Origin: Nitrosopumilus sp.
GTDB lineage: Archaea; Thermoproteota; Nitrososphaeria; Nitrososphaerales; Nitrosopumilaceae
Assembly (NCBI GenBank): GCA_965207075.1
Contig: CBDBLO010000002.1
Location: forward strand, 64,001 to 128,000
Direction: 5' to 3'
Length of the DNA stretch: 64,000 bases
Positions 27,788-36,519 of this stretch are shown here, one piece after another. A model generated the notes under the pieces. It saw nothing but the letters and a program-made list of their open reading frames with translations, ran no database searches and was not told where the DNA came from. A program made the translations under genes and the position numbers. Each line of letters begins with the position of its first letter. Within the stretch, counting starts at the first letter, position 1.

Positions 27788-28962
27788 CTCGCTTCACCTG
27801 ACTTGGACATATCGACTATCCGGATTTTTGGTGCCGGCATCGCTGGCTCAAAAATGCCAGACTGCGCTTCACCTATGTCCCCTCCACTGCCCCTAAACCT
27901 AGGGGGCAGCTTGCGCGATATGTTCATGGCCGCTATTATATCGCGGTCCATGAACAACCCGCAATTATTGCACAACATCTTTCGTCTGTGTAGCGCGTCC
28001 TCTTGGAGATTCTTTCCGCATTTCGGACACTGCTTGCTTGTGCGTTTTGGATTGACGAAGGCGACTGGAAGCCCGGCCCAGGCCGCCTTGTGCTCTATCT
28101 GGCGCTGCAACTCGTAGAACTGCCACCCGTTCATCCGGCGCCTGTACTTTTTGCCCCGGCCGCTTCCCCTCTTGTAGAGCCTGCGTATTCCCTTCAGGTC
28201 TTCCATTATGATCGCGGTCTTTTTACACACGGCGTTGTCGACGATGTCCTTTGAGATCTTGTGGATGTATTGTTTCGTACGGTTGGACAGCCTGCGCTGC
28301 CTCTCCTTCCAGAACTCTTCCTTTTTCCGCCTGTCGCTCCTCCTGAAGCCGGCCCTCGCGTGTATAGTGTTCTCCCCCATCGATAACAGTTTGTTGGTCT
28401 TGTAGAATGTAACGCCTTTTGCGTTACCGCACGTGACGTTCCGCAGGTTCCTGTCGATACCCACCGTATTGGTGCATTCAACCATTTCGGCTTCCTTGGA
28501 AACGCAGATGCTGACACTGCTTTCGGTCAGTGAGAACGAGCGCACCTTCAGGGCGGGATCGGACAGTATTTTCTGCGTGTGGTCGTTCAAGAGTATGCTT
28601 ATCGGGTTCCCTTTCCTGTACGGTATCGTCAGCAGGCAACCGCTGTGTTTTACGCCGTAACAGTTCGTGATGAAGGGTTTTCTTACAACCGGGTCACGCA
28701 CCCGTCTCCCGCGCCTCAAGGACTGTTTCCTGTTTGACAGGATCCCGGCGGCCCTTGATATGGCGCACAGCTTGTACGAGGATAAAATGTCACAGTCATG
28801 CAGCTCGTGGTAACAGAGGCTGGACAGTCTTTTCATGTTGTGCGTGTCTTCTCTCATGCCTATCCTGATGCACCGGTTCACCATTTTTGTAAACACGCGC
28901 ATCATCTTCCTCAGGTCGGAGTTTGGCGCGGTTTGCTGCGTGACCGACTTGTATGCATTCAA
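27778..28962 (-). CDS. tnpB: RNA-guided endonuclease TnpB
   Basis: RuvC-I VGIDRN, RuvC-II IMEDL, TSKQCPKCG...CNNCG zinc finger, RuvC-III DRDIIAAMNI; TTG start. Confidence 0.93.
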   Translation of the reverse strand: MNAYKSVTQQTAPNSDLRKMMRVFTKMVNRCIRIGMREDTHNMKRLSSLCYHELHDCDILSSYKLCAISRAAGILSNRKQSLRRGRRVRDPVVRKPFITNCYGVKHSGCLLTIPYRKGNPISILLNDHTQKILSDPALKVRSFSLTESSVSICVSKEAEMVECTNTVGIDRNLRNVTCGNAKGVTFYKTNKLLSMGENTIHARAGFRRSDRRKKEEFWKERQRRLSNRTKQYIHKISKDIVDNAVCKKTAIIMEDLKGIRRLYKRGSGRGKKYRRRMNGWQFYELQRQIEHKAAWAGLPVAFVNPKRTSKQCPKCGKNLQEDALHRRKMLCNNCGLFMDRDIIAAMNISRKLPPRFRGSGGDIGEAQSGIFEPAMPAPKIRIVDMSKSGEARTR

Positions 28963-29005
28963 TGACAGGTATCTGGTCAGTGTGCATATTTGTGTGTTTC
29001 GTGAT

Positions 29006-29027
29006 GACTCGTTAACTTGACAGAACC
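29006..29027 (-). repeat. Terminal inverted repeat (tnpB 5' side)
   Basis: GACTCGTTAACTTGACAGAACC, reverse complement GGTTCTGTCAAGTTAACGAGTC. Confidence 0.92.
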
Positions 29028-29218
29028 TTAGGTTTCAAGGTGGATCCGGTGCCTCCCCACGCACGCCCTGCCCCGCCTGACTCCAACTCCGGGCGTGCGG
29101 GCCGCTGGTTTTTTGTGGTGGCTGCAAAACAAGTATCTGTCATCTGACGGCGGCGGTGGCGGCGGCAGTAGCAGCCAAGCGGCCACCCAATAAATAACGG
29201 CCCCGCGGCCGCACCCAC

Positions 29219-29740
29219 ATGAGGAAGAGGAACATATACGACGGAAGGGTAATCAACGTGCGCGTGTACGAGGGCAGGCCCCGCGGCCCCGCGTCAAAAA
29301 GGATACGCCGCGAGATCGTCGAGCACCCGGGCGCGGCCGCCATGCTGGCGTTTGACGACGACGGCAGGGTGATACTGGTAGAGCAGGACAGGTTCCCGCA
29401 CGGCCCCACCCTCGAGATACCCGCCGGGACGCTTGAGAGGGGGGAGGAGCCCCTGGAGTGCGCCAAGAGGGAGCTGCGCGAGGAGACCGGGTTTGCGGCG
29501 GGAAGCATGAAGCGCCTGGTCTCGTTCTACCCGTCCATAGGGTACAGTACCGAGATAATACACTGCTTTGTGGCCACGAAACTGAGGCCGGCCCCCGGCG
29601 GGCAGAGCCCCGACGACGACGAGGACATCACGGTACGCAGGGTGAGCCTCAAGAGGCTGCTGCAGATGATAAGGACCGGCAGGGTACGCGACTCGAAGAC
29701 GATATGCGCGGCCCTGGCGTACGCGTCCAAGAACGGCTAG
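29219..29740 (+). CDS. NUDIX hydrolase (ADP-ribose pyrophosphatase-like)
   Basis: Nudix box G.LERGEEPLECAKRELREETG; HPGA, D.KT. Confidence 0.9.
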   Translation: MRKRNIYDGRVINVRVYEGRPRGPASKRIRREIVEHPGAAAMLAFDDDGRVILVEQDRFPHGPTLEIPAGTLERGEEPLECAKRELREETGFAAGSMKRLVSFYPSIGYSTEIIHCFVATKLRPAPGGQSPDDDEDITVRRVSLKRLLQMIRTGRVRDSKTICAALAYASKNG

Positions 29741-30747
29741 GCCTTGTCGTCATATATAGGCTTGACCAGGTCGGCCACGTCGGCCCACGACCTTGCGATC
29801 TTCTCGTACATGTGTATGACGTCTATAAAGTCGACCGGGAGCTGTCCTCCCGACGGCGGCTGCATGGTGCGGAGCCCCGCCAGCCCCTCCTGCATGCGGC
29901 GGTGCAGCGATATGGCCTCGATTGCAAGCCTCCTGTCAGGCGCCGTAAACGCGTCTATCGCCAGGGAGGCCGTCCTCTCAAGCTCCTGGACCGCCTCGAA
30001 TATCATCTGGGACTGCCCGGAGGAGAGGGACGAGCCTGCCACCAGTTCTGCAAGCTCGACTACGGAGTCGCCGGCGTTCTCAAGCAGGTTGGCGGCCACC
30101 CTGTAGTCCAGGATGTCTATGCTGCCCAGGTTGAACGCGCCTGCAAGCCGCCGGTCGGCCAGGCTGCTCCTGATCAGCCGCACGAGCAGAAAGTACTGCC
30201 TGTTCACCTCTATGTCCCGGTTCGGAATGGTCTGCAGGTTGGACCTGTCGTCGGAGACCAGCCCGCGCGTGACGTCCCCGCACATTCCGACCGCGATGGA
30301 GGACATGCGCTTGAGTATCTTGGCCGGGCTCAGGGTGGCCGCGTCAAGCAGGAACTGCATCTCGATGTGCGAGGCGTCCTCCTCTATGATCTCCATGCCG
30401 ACGAGCCGCCTCATCGAGTTGCGTATCTCCTCGCGGTCGCCGACGGGTATGACGCCGGAGTCGCCGGACTCTATCCTGATGACGTCGTATCCGAGCAGGT
30501 ACGCGCCCGTCGTGTCCGCCACTATGTTCTCCTCTGCCGGCAGCGGGTACGATATGACCAGGTCGGCCGTGGCACGGGCCTCCGCGCCGCCGCCCTCCGA
30601 CACGGAGAGCGATATCGAGTCGCGCCCCACGGTCTCCAGATCGACGCGAGTGCCCTTCTTCAGGTTGTGCGAGTCCACCCACTCCTTTGGGAGCGAGACC
30701 AGCGTGCTGTTTCCTATCTTCTGCAGGCGCCGCGTGAATTTAGTCAA
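29737..30747 (-). CDS. PhoU-family phosphate uptake regulator with N-terminal AbrB domain
   Basis: RRLQKIG.S.LVSLPKEW, LE..GD, EKIA. Confidence 0.85.
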   Translation of the reverse strand: MTKFTRRLQKIGNSTLVSLPKEWVDSHNLKKGTRVDLETVGRDSISLSVSEGGGAEARATADLVISYPLPAEENIVADTTGAYLLGYDVIRIESGDSGVIPVGDREEIRNSMRRLVGMEIIEEDASHIEMQFLLDAATLSPAKILKRMSSIAVGMCGDVTRGLVSDDRSNLQTIPNRDIEVNRQYFLLVRLIRSSLADRRLAGAFNLGSIDILDYRVAANLLENAGDSVVELAELVAGSSLSSGQSQMIFEAVQELERTASLAIDAFTAPDRRLAIEAISLHRRMQEGLAGLRTMQPPSGGQLPVDFIDVIHMYEKIARSWADVADLVKPIYDDKA

Positions 30748-30811
30748 TTTATACCTGTTATAGTAATTTAATCCATATTTTTATATCTTATCTGCAATTT
30801 AAACAACGATC

Positions 30812-31858
30812 ATGGCTGCAGGGAGGCAGGCGGCGGCGTTCTGCCCGGCGCATATCACCGGATTCTTCAAGGCCTTTGCGGACGGCCGCGGGGGCGGCGA
30901 CCGGGGGCGGCGCGTGGAAGACCGCGCGGGCGGAATGCGTGAGGCGGGCTCGACGGGCGCGGGATTCTCGCTTGCAGTAGGGGTGACGACAAGGGTCGGG
31001 CTCACGGATGCGCGCGCGCCTGCCTTCGACACTAAAGGTACCGGTGGCGGCGGCCCCGTCGATACCGACACCACCACGCCGCCATACGTCATAACGACCA
31101 CAGGGTATGGCACGGACGACACGACTCTCTCAGAGACCACAATCCGGCGGTTCCTGCAGGCCGCGGGGCGCAGGGGCACTGCGGTCCCCGCAGGCTCGGT
31201 GCTCGACGTCAGGCACGAGATATCGGTTCCCGTCGGGTACGGCCTGGGGTGCAGCGGCGCGGTCGCGCTCTCGCTTGCATACGCCCTCAATGACGCGCTT
31301 GGCGCCGGCATTGCGCACGAGGAGCTGGGCGGCATTGCGCACGAGGCCGAGATAGAGTGCAGGACGGGGCTCGGGGACGTGCTGGCGTCGTACCACGGCG
31401 GGTTCGAGGTGCGCATCAAGCCCGGCGCGCCCGGGGTGGGCATGGTGGAGGCCATTCCGGCCGGCGATGTCACCGTGCTGGTACTGTGCATGGCGCCGAT
31501 ATCGACGCGCCGGTTCATCGCAGAGCGCCTTCCGCACATCAACGGGCTCGGGGGCGAGATGATAGGAAGGCTCAGGAGATCAAGGGACTATGCGCACTTT
31601 GAGGACATGTCGCTGGAGTTCGCAGAGCACGTCGGGGTGGTAACCCCGAGGATGCGGCGCGTCACAAGCGCGCTGCGGGGCGCGGGCATCAGGTGCGGCG
31701 TCGCGCTGTTCGGCGAGACGATATTCTGCATGGTGGAGGCGGGAGGCGCGGCAGAGGCAAGGGCCGAGCGGATACTCAGGGGCTACGGCTCCGGCCACGT
31801 GATAAAATCAGGAATCGACCGGCGGGGCGCAAGGCCCCTTCCGAGGGCCAGGTGGTGA
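30812..31858 (+). CDS. Pantoate kinase (GHMP family)
   Basis: F.PAHITGFF, GSTGAG, PVGYGLGCSGA, TGLGDV; in the CoA cluster. Confidence 0.88.
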   Translation: MAAGRQAAAFCPAHITGFFKAFADGRGGGDRGRRVEDRAGGMREAGSTGAGFSLAVGVTTRVGLTDARAPAFDTKGTGGGGPVDTDTTTPPYVITTTGYGTDDTTLSETTIRRFLQAAGRRGTAVPAGSVLDVRHEISVPVGYGLGCSGAVALSLAYALNDALGAGIAHEELGGIAHEAEIECRTGLGDVLASYHGGFEVRIKPGAPGVGMVEAIPAGDVTVLVLCMAPISTRRFIAERLPHINGLGGEMIGRLRRSRDYAHFEDMSLEFAEHVGVVTPRMRRVTSALRGAGIRCGVALFGETIFCMVEAGGAAEARAERILRGYGSGHVIKSGIDRRGARPLPRARW

Positions 31859-31886
31859 CGGCGGCTTGGCGGGGGTGACGACAGAA

Positions 31887-32792
31887 ATGGGTAGGGCGGA
31901 GCACGCCGCGCAGGATGCGGTGGTGCCAGAGTCCCACCCAAGGGCCGAGTCCCTCCGCATACGTCACAGGCTTGTAGGTGGCTTTGAGGAGGGGCTGGTC
32001 GCAGCGGAGGGGCTGCTGGCGCACGGAAGGGGCGAGGCGCTCGACTATCTGCTCGGCGAGGAGACCGGCGGGGCGGCCAGGCAGGCGTGCAGGGCGGCCG
32101 CGGCCGCGCTGTGCGCGTCGGACAGGCCGGTCATATCGGTAAACGGAAACGCGGCCGCGCTGTGCGCGGAGCAGCTTGTATCGCTTGCAGAGTGCACGGG
32201 ATCCGCGCTGGAGGTGAACCTGTTTTATGACAGCCCCGGGCGGAGGGGCGCGATAGCGGGGCGCCTGCGACAATACGGCGCCAAAAGGGTGCTGGGACTT
32301 GACCCGGAGAGAATGGCCGTGCTGCGCGGGACGGACTCTGCGCGCAGGATGGTCGACAGGGACGGAATCTTCGCGGCCGACACGGTGGTGGTGCCGCTTG
32401 AGGACGGGGACCGCACTGCCGCGCTCAAGCGGGCGGGCAAGACGGTCATCACGTTTGATCTCAACCCGCTGTCCAGGACCGCGCAGGCCGCGGACATCAG
32501 CATAATAGACAACATCACGAGGGCGATAGACGTGCTCTTGGAGGAGTGCCGGAATCTTGCAGGGGAGGGCGGCGGTGACGACCGCGGCGGCGGTAGAGGA
32601 GGCGGCAAGGCGGCGGCCCGGATTGCGCGAGACTTTGACAACGAGTGGAACCTAGCGCAGGCAGTGCGCCAGATCACCGGCAATCTGGGCCGCCTGCAGG
32701 GCGTGCGGGCGGCGGCAAGCGGCAGCGGCGCAGCTGCCACGGCCGCCACGGCTCCCGCCGCCATTACGGCGCACGGCCCACAACCGGAGTGA
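31887..32792 (+). CDS. 4-phosphopantoate--beta-alanine ligase (phosphopantothenate synthetase)
   Basis: HPRAESL, AHGRGEA.DYL.GE, SVNGN, VPLEDGDR, DLNPLSRT. Confidence 0.9.
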   Translation: MGRAEHAAQDAVVPESHPRAESLRIRHRLVGGFEEGLVAAEGLLAHGRGEALDYLLGEETGGAARQACRAAAAALCASDRPVISVNGNAAALCAEQLVSLAECTGSALEVNLFYDSPGRRGAIAGRLRQYGAKRVLGLDPERMAVLRGTDSARRMVDRDGIFAADTVVVPLEDGDRTAALKRAGKTVITFDLNPLSRTAQAADISIIDNITRAIDVLLEECRNLAGEGGGDDRGGGRGGGKAAARIARDFDNEWNLAQAVRQITGNLGRLQGVRAAASGSGAAATAATAPAAITAHGPQPE

Positions 32793-32810
32793 CCGGCCGG
32801 GAACAGGACG

Positions 32811-33704
32811 GTGGACGCGGTGGCAGGATCCAGAAACGGCAATGGCGGCAAAAGGATTACGATCCGCGACATTGCAGAAAAGAAGAGGCGCCAAGAGCGC
32901 ATCTCTGTGGTTACGAGCTACGACTATGCCCTCGCGTCCCTGTGCGACGGGGCGGGCGCCGACATCCTGATGGTCGGCGACAGCGCCGGGATGGTCATGC
33001 TCGGGTACGAGAACACGGTCCCGGTCACGATGGAGGAGATGTGCATGTTCACCGGGGCGGTGGGCCGCGCAAGAAAGAGATCGTTCATAGTGTCCGACCT
33101 GCCGTTCATGTCGTACCAGACGGGCGTATCCGACGCCATTGCAAACGCGGGCCGCCTGGTCAGGGCGGGCGCCGACGCGGTAAAGCTGGAGGGCGGCGCC
33201 GAGATGGCGTCAAAGGTAAGGGGCATAACGGACGCCGGCATCCCGGTCATGGGACACATAGGGCTGCGGCCCCAGACGGCGGGGCTTGCCGGCGGATACA
33301 GGGTGCAGGGCAGGACAGCCGCGGAGGCCCGCAGGCTGCTTGACGACGCGGCGGCCTTGGAGGAGGCAGGCGCCTTTTCGGTGGTGCTGGAGCTCGTGAC
33401 GCGCCAGGCCGCAAAGGCCGTTACAGAAGGGATCTCCATACCCACCATCGGGATAGGCTCGGGCCCCGGATGCGACGGCCAGGTGCTCGTCATACACGAC
33501 ATGCTGGGGATGTACGACGCGATAAAGCCAAAGTTTGCAAAGAGATACCGCAACCTGTCAGACGAGATCGCAGGTGCGGTGTCCTCCTATGTGGGCGACG
33601 TCACAGGCGGCGTATTTCCCGCACGAGAGAACTGTTTTGAGATGGACGAGATCGAGTGCGGCAGGCTGGCAGAGGATTTGGAGAAAGGGCGGACACCAAC
33701 GTGA
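32811..33704 (+). CDS. panB: 3-methyl-2-oxobutanoate hydroxymethyltransferase
   Basis: MVGDS, DLPFMSY, VKLEGG, GHIGL.PQ, CDGQVLV. Confidence 0.95.
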   Translation: MDAVAGSRNGNGGKRITIRDIAEKKRRQERISVVTSYDYALASLCDGAGADILMVGDSAGMVMLGYENTVPVTMEEMCMFTGAVGRARKRSFIVSDLPFMSYQTGVSDAIANAGRLVRAGADAVKLEGGAEMASKVRGITDAGIPVMGHIGLRPQTAGLAGGYRVQGRTAAEARRLLDDAAALEEAGAFSVVLELVTRQAAKAVTEGISIPTIGIGSGPGCDGQVLVIHDMLGMYDAIKPKFAKRYRNLSDEIAGAVSSYVGDVTGGVFPARENCFEMDEIECGRLAEDLEKGRTPT

Positions 33705-35113
33705 CCGGACATGTAGAGAGGAGAGGAGAAGGAACGGCGGCAAGAGATAGGCGCGGGGCAGGTAGGCCCGGTGGTGGTGGTAGTAACAGTAATAGCAAAA
33801 ACAGCGGCAAAAAAAGAAGTCGCGGCAGGCGGAAGGGAGAGGTCAGGCACCCGTCCCTTGACATCGTATCGTCGGACGGCCGCGAGCTGCGCGGAAAGAG
33901 GATCGTCCTCTGCATCGCGGGCAGCGTGGCGGCCTACAAGGCGATAGAGCTTGCAAGGCTCCTGATGAGGCACGGGTGCAGCAGCGTCACCTGCGTGGCC
34001 ACAAAGGCCGCGACCAGGCTGATCCGCCCCGCGTACCTCAAGTGGGCCACCGGAAACGACGTGATAACCGACCTGACAGGCGACATGGAGCACATAAGGC
34101 TTGCAGACTACGGCAGGTCCGACATCGTAGTCGTGTATCCGGCCACGGCCAACACGATAGGCAGGCTCGCAAACGGGATGGACGACGCCCCCGTGTCCAC
34201 CGTGCTGACCGTCGCGCTCGGCTCAAAGATTCCAATCGTGGTATGCCCCGCCATGCACGAGTCGATGTACGAGAACCCGGCGGTCCTGCGGAACATCGAC
34301 TTTCTGAGCAAGAGGAGAGGTGTCTCGTTTGTCGGGCCCCAGATGACGGAGGGAAAGGCAAAGGCGCCCGAGCCGGAGCACGTGCTTGGCCACGTGATCT
34401 CGAGGTTCGGCCCCCCAGAGTCCCCGCTCAGGGGCGCGCGCGTGCTGCTGACTGCGGGCCCCACCATAGAATTTGTGGATCCGGTGCGCGTGATCTCAAA
34501 CGTCAGCTCGGGCAGAACCGGGGTGCTTTTGGGGGCTGAGCTTGCGGCGGCGGGCGCCCGCGTCACCATGGTGTATGGCCCCGGAACGCACGAGCCGCCC
34601 AAGGGCGTCAAGACGACCAGGGTGGAGACGGGCGCCGAGATGCGCTCCGCGGTGCGCTCCGCGCTCGGGGGCGCGAGGTTCGACGTCATTGTAATGGCCG
34701 CGGCCGTATCCGACTATGCGCCCGTCAGGCGGCGGCGCACAAAAATAAAGAGCGGCGGCGGATCAGGCGGGCTCACGATCAGGCTCAGGCGCGCGCCCAA
34801 GATCATCGGCATGGCAAGGAGGATGCAGAGGGACGCGCTATTGGTCGGGTTCAAGGCCGAGGCCGACGTGTCCAGGGTGGCCCTGATAAGGTCTGCGCGC
34901 GCCAGCATGGCGGAGTCGGGCGCGGATCTCGTGGTTGCAAACGACGTCGGATCAGAGTACAAAAGGAGGCCCGGCTCGAACAACGTCATAGTGGTGTCGC
35001 CGTCATCCGAGTCAGAGTCCGGATGGCGCAAAAAGGAGGCGGTGGCCGGATTCATCAGGAGGGCGATAGAGGCGGAGCTTGCGGCGTCAGCGGCCGAGCA
35101 GGCGGGGGTGTAG
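33701..35113 (+). CDS. coaBC: Bifunctional phosphopantothenoylcysteine decarboxylase/synthase
   Basis: GSVAAYK, PATAN, PAMH..M, TAGPT.E..DPVR.ISN.SSG..G, AAVSDY, VGFKAE. Confidence 0.93.
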   Translation: MTGHVERRGEGTAARDRRGAGRPGGGGSNSNSKNSGKKRSRGRRKGEVRHPSLDIVSSDGRELRGKRIVLCIAGSVAAYKAIELARLLMRHGCSSVTCVATKAATRLIRPAYLKWATGNDVITDLTGDMEHIRLADYGRSDIVVVYPATANTIGRLANGMDDAPVSTVLTVALGSKIPIVVCPAMHESMYENPAVLRNIDFLSKRRGVSFVGPQMTEGKAKAPEPEHVLGHVISRFGPPESPLRGARVLLTAGPTIEFVDPVRVISNVSSGRTGVLLGAELAAAGARVTMVYGPGTHEPPKGVKTTRVETGAEMRSAVRSALGGARFDVIVMAAAVSDYAPVRRRRTKIKSGGGSGGLTIRLRRAPKIIGMARRMQRDALLVGFKAEADVSRVALIRSARASMAESGADLVVANDVGSEYKRRPGSNNVIVVSPSSESESGWRKKEAVAGFIRRAIEAELAASAAEQAGV

Positions 35114-35117
35114 CCAC

Positions 35118-35957
35118 ATGGGTGCGGAGGAGGGATACAAGAAGAGAAACATGGAGGCGTGGAACGAGCTGGCCCCCAAGTACCACAGGCGGTGGGCAAA
35201 CAGGGTGGACGGGCCCCTGCAGAGCACCGCGAGCCTGATCAGGGACGTCGGGATCGCGGAGGGCGACGCGGTGCTCGACGTGGCGTGCGGGACCGGCTTT
35301 GTCACAAGAATGCTCGTCCCGGCCGTAGGCGACTCCGGGCTGGTCGTCGGGGCCGACGCGTCCGCCTCTGCAATCAGGATAGCCAGGAGGGGGAACAGAA
35401 AAGCTCTGTTCGTGAACGCGGACGCCGAGAACCTGTCGTTTGCAAGAAGGTTCGATGTAGTTACGTGCCAGTACGCGCTGTTCTTCTTTCCCGACGCCCC
35501 GAGGGCCCTGAGGGGGATGAGGAGGAGCCTCAAGGCGTCGGGCAGGGTGGGCATAGTGGTGCACGGGGGCAGGGACAGGGTGCCGTATTACGGCGCGATA
35601 TTCGACGCCGCTGCAAAGTACATACCCGACTACGTCCCGGAGGGGACGCCCCAGCTTGACAGGTACTCCACCAAGGGCAAGCTCGGTGCGGAGGTAAGGC
35701 GCGCCGGATTCTCAGAGGTGTCGGTCAGGGAGCGCACGTTCCAGTACAGCCCCGGCACGTTTGAGGACTACTGGAGGGGCTACCTGAGGTACGTGGCCAA
35801 GCCCATCAGGGCAAAGATCGACGCCCTGGGACGCGCGGAGAGGAGGGAGTTCGTCGAGGAGGTGCGGCGCAACGCCGAGCCGTATGCCGACCGGGACAGC
35901 GGCGGTGGCGTCATAACGTTTCCCTGGCAGGTTTTGATACTGACGGCGATGCGTTGA
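35118..35957 (+). CDS. Class I SAM-dependent methyltransferase (UbiE-like)
   Basis: VLDVACGTG, DAENL, FDVV. Confidence 0.85.
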   Translation: MGAEEGYKKRNMEAWNELAPKYHRRWANRVDGPLQSTASLIRDVGIAEGDAVLDVACGTGFVTRMLVPAVGDSGLVVGADASASAIRIARRGNRKALFVNADAENLSFARRFDVVTCQYALFFFPDAPRALRGMRRSLKASGRVGIVVHGGRDRVPYYGAIFDAAAKYIPDYVPEGTPQLDRYSTKGKLGAEVRRAGFSEVSVRERTFQYSPGTFEDYWRGYLRYVAKPIRAKIDALGRAERREFVEEVRRNAEPYADRDSGGGVITFPWQVLILTAMR

Positions 35958-35980
35958 TAACACGGGGCCGCCTTACGGGT

Positions 35981-36514
35981 ATGATGGCCAGGGACAAGCG
36001 CAAGAAAGCCAGGGGTTCAGACAAGGGCGGCGCAAAGCCCCCGGGTTCCTCGGACTCTAGCTTCAAGGCGTTCCTCAAAAAGCGGGCCCCCATATACCTC
36101 GGACTGCTGGCGCTCTTTCTGGTGTTTGTAGTACCGGAGCTCACAAAGGGCAGCCTCAATGATGTGATGCCCGAACTGGAGGCAGGCGACGCGCGCGTGG
36201 TCGACATGCTGATGTCGTACAGAGGGCCCGACGGCTCGGGGTTCAGCATGGGGGAGGCCATATCAGACAGGATCACCGAAGAGTTCGGCGACAGGATCTA
36301 CGGCCACAAGGAGACCGCGGTCACTGTAGTGGTGAGCGCGGCCGACGACGGGGGGGCGGCGGCAGAAAAAGAGGCATACGACGTCGAGTTTGGGATCGAC
36401 ACGCACGAGGGCCAGCTCCGCTACACGTGGACAGTCGACGCCGGCTCCGGTACAGTGACGTCCGACGACCCGCCCTCAAGGCACGTGGTGGACGTCGTCA
36501 ACTTTTACGACTGA
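35981..36514 (+). CDS. Hypothetical membrane-anchored protein
   Basis: Basic N-terminus with a single TM; operon continuation. Confidence 0.7.
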   Translation: MMARDKRKKARGSDKGGAKPPGSSDSSFKAFLKKRAPIYLGLLALFLVFVVPELTKGSLNDVMPELEAGDARVVDMLMSYRGPDGSGFSMGEAISDRITEEFGDRIYGHKETAVTVVVSAADDGGAAAEKEAYDVEFGIDTHEGQLRYTWTVDAGSGTVTSDDPPSRHVVDVVNFYD

Positions 36515-36519
36515 CCGGA

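Larger units (their letters stand above)
27766..29027. mobile_element. Non-autonomous TIR element (IS6-like ends, 8-bp TSD) carrying only tnpB
   Basis: TIRs 27766-27787 and 29006-29027 (21/22 match); direct repeat TTAGGTTT at 27758-27765 and 29028-29035; lower GC than host. Confidence 0.9.

Noticed and set aside
27766-29218. Canonical IS200/IS605 or IS607 element, or a Cas12f CRISPR locus
   Set aside because: No TnpA (Y1 or serine) ORF and no array. The ends are TIRs with an 8-bp TSD. The 29012-29218 ORF has no transposase motifs and crosses the element boundary.
30812-35113. CoA biosynthesis cluster as a novelty
   Set aside because: Established archaeal pantoate kinase/phosphopantothenate synthetase pathway with panB and coaBC.
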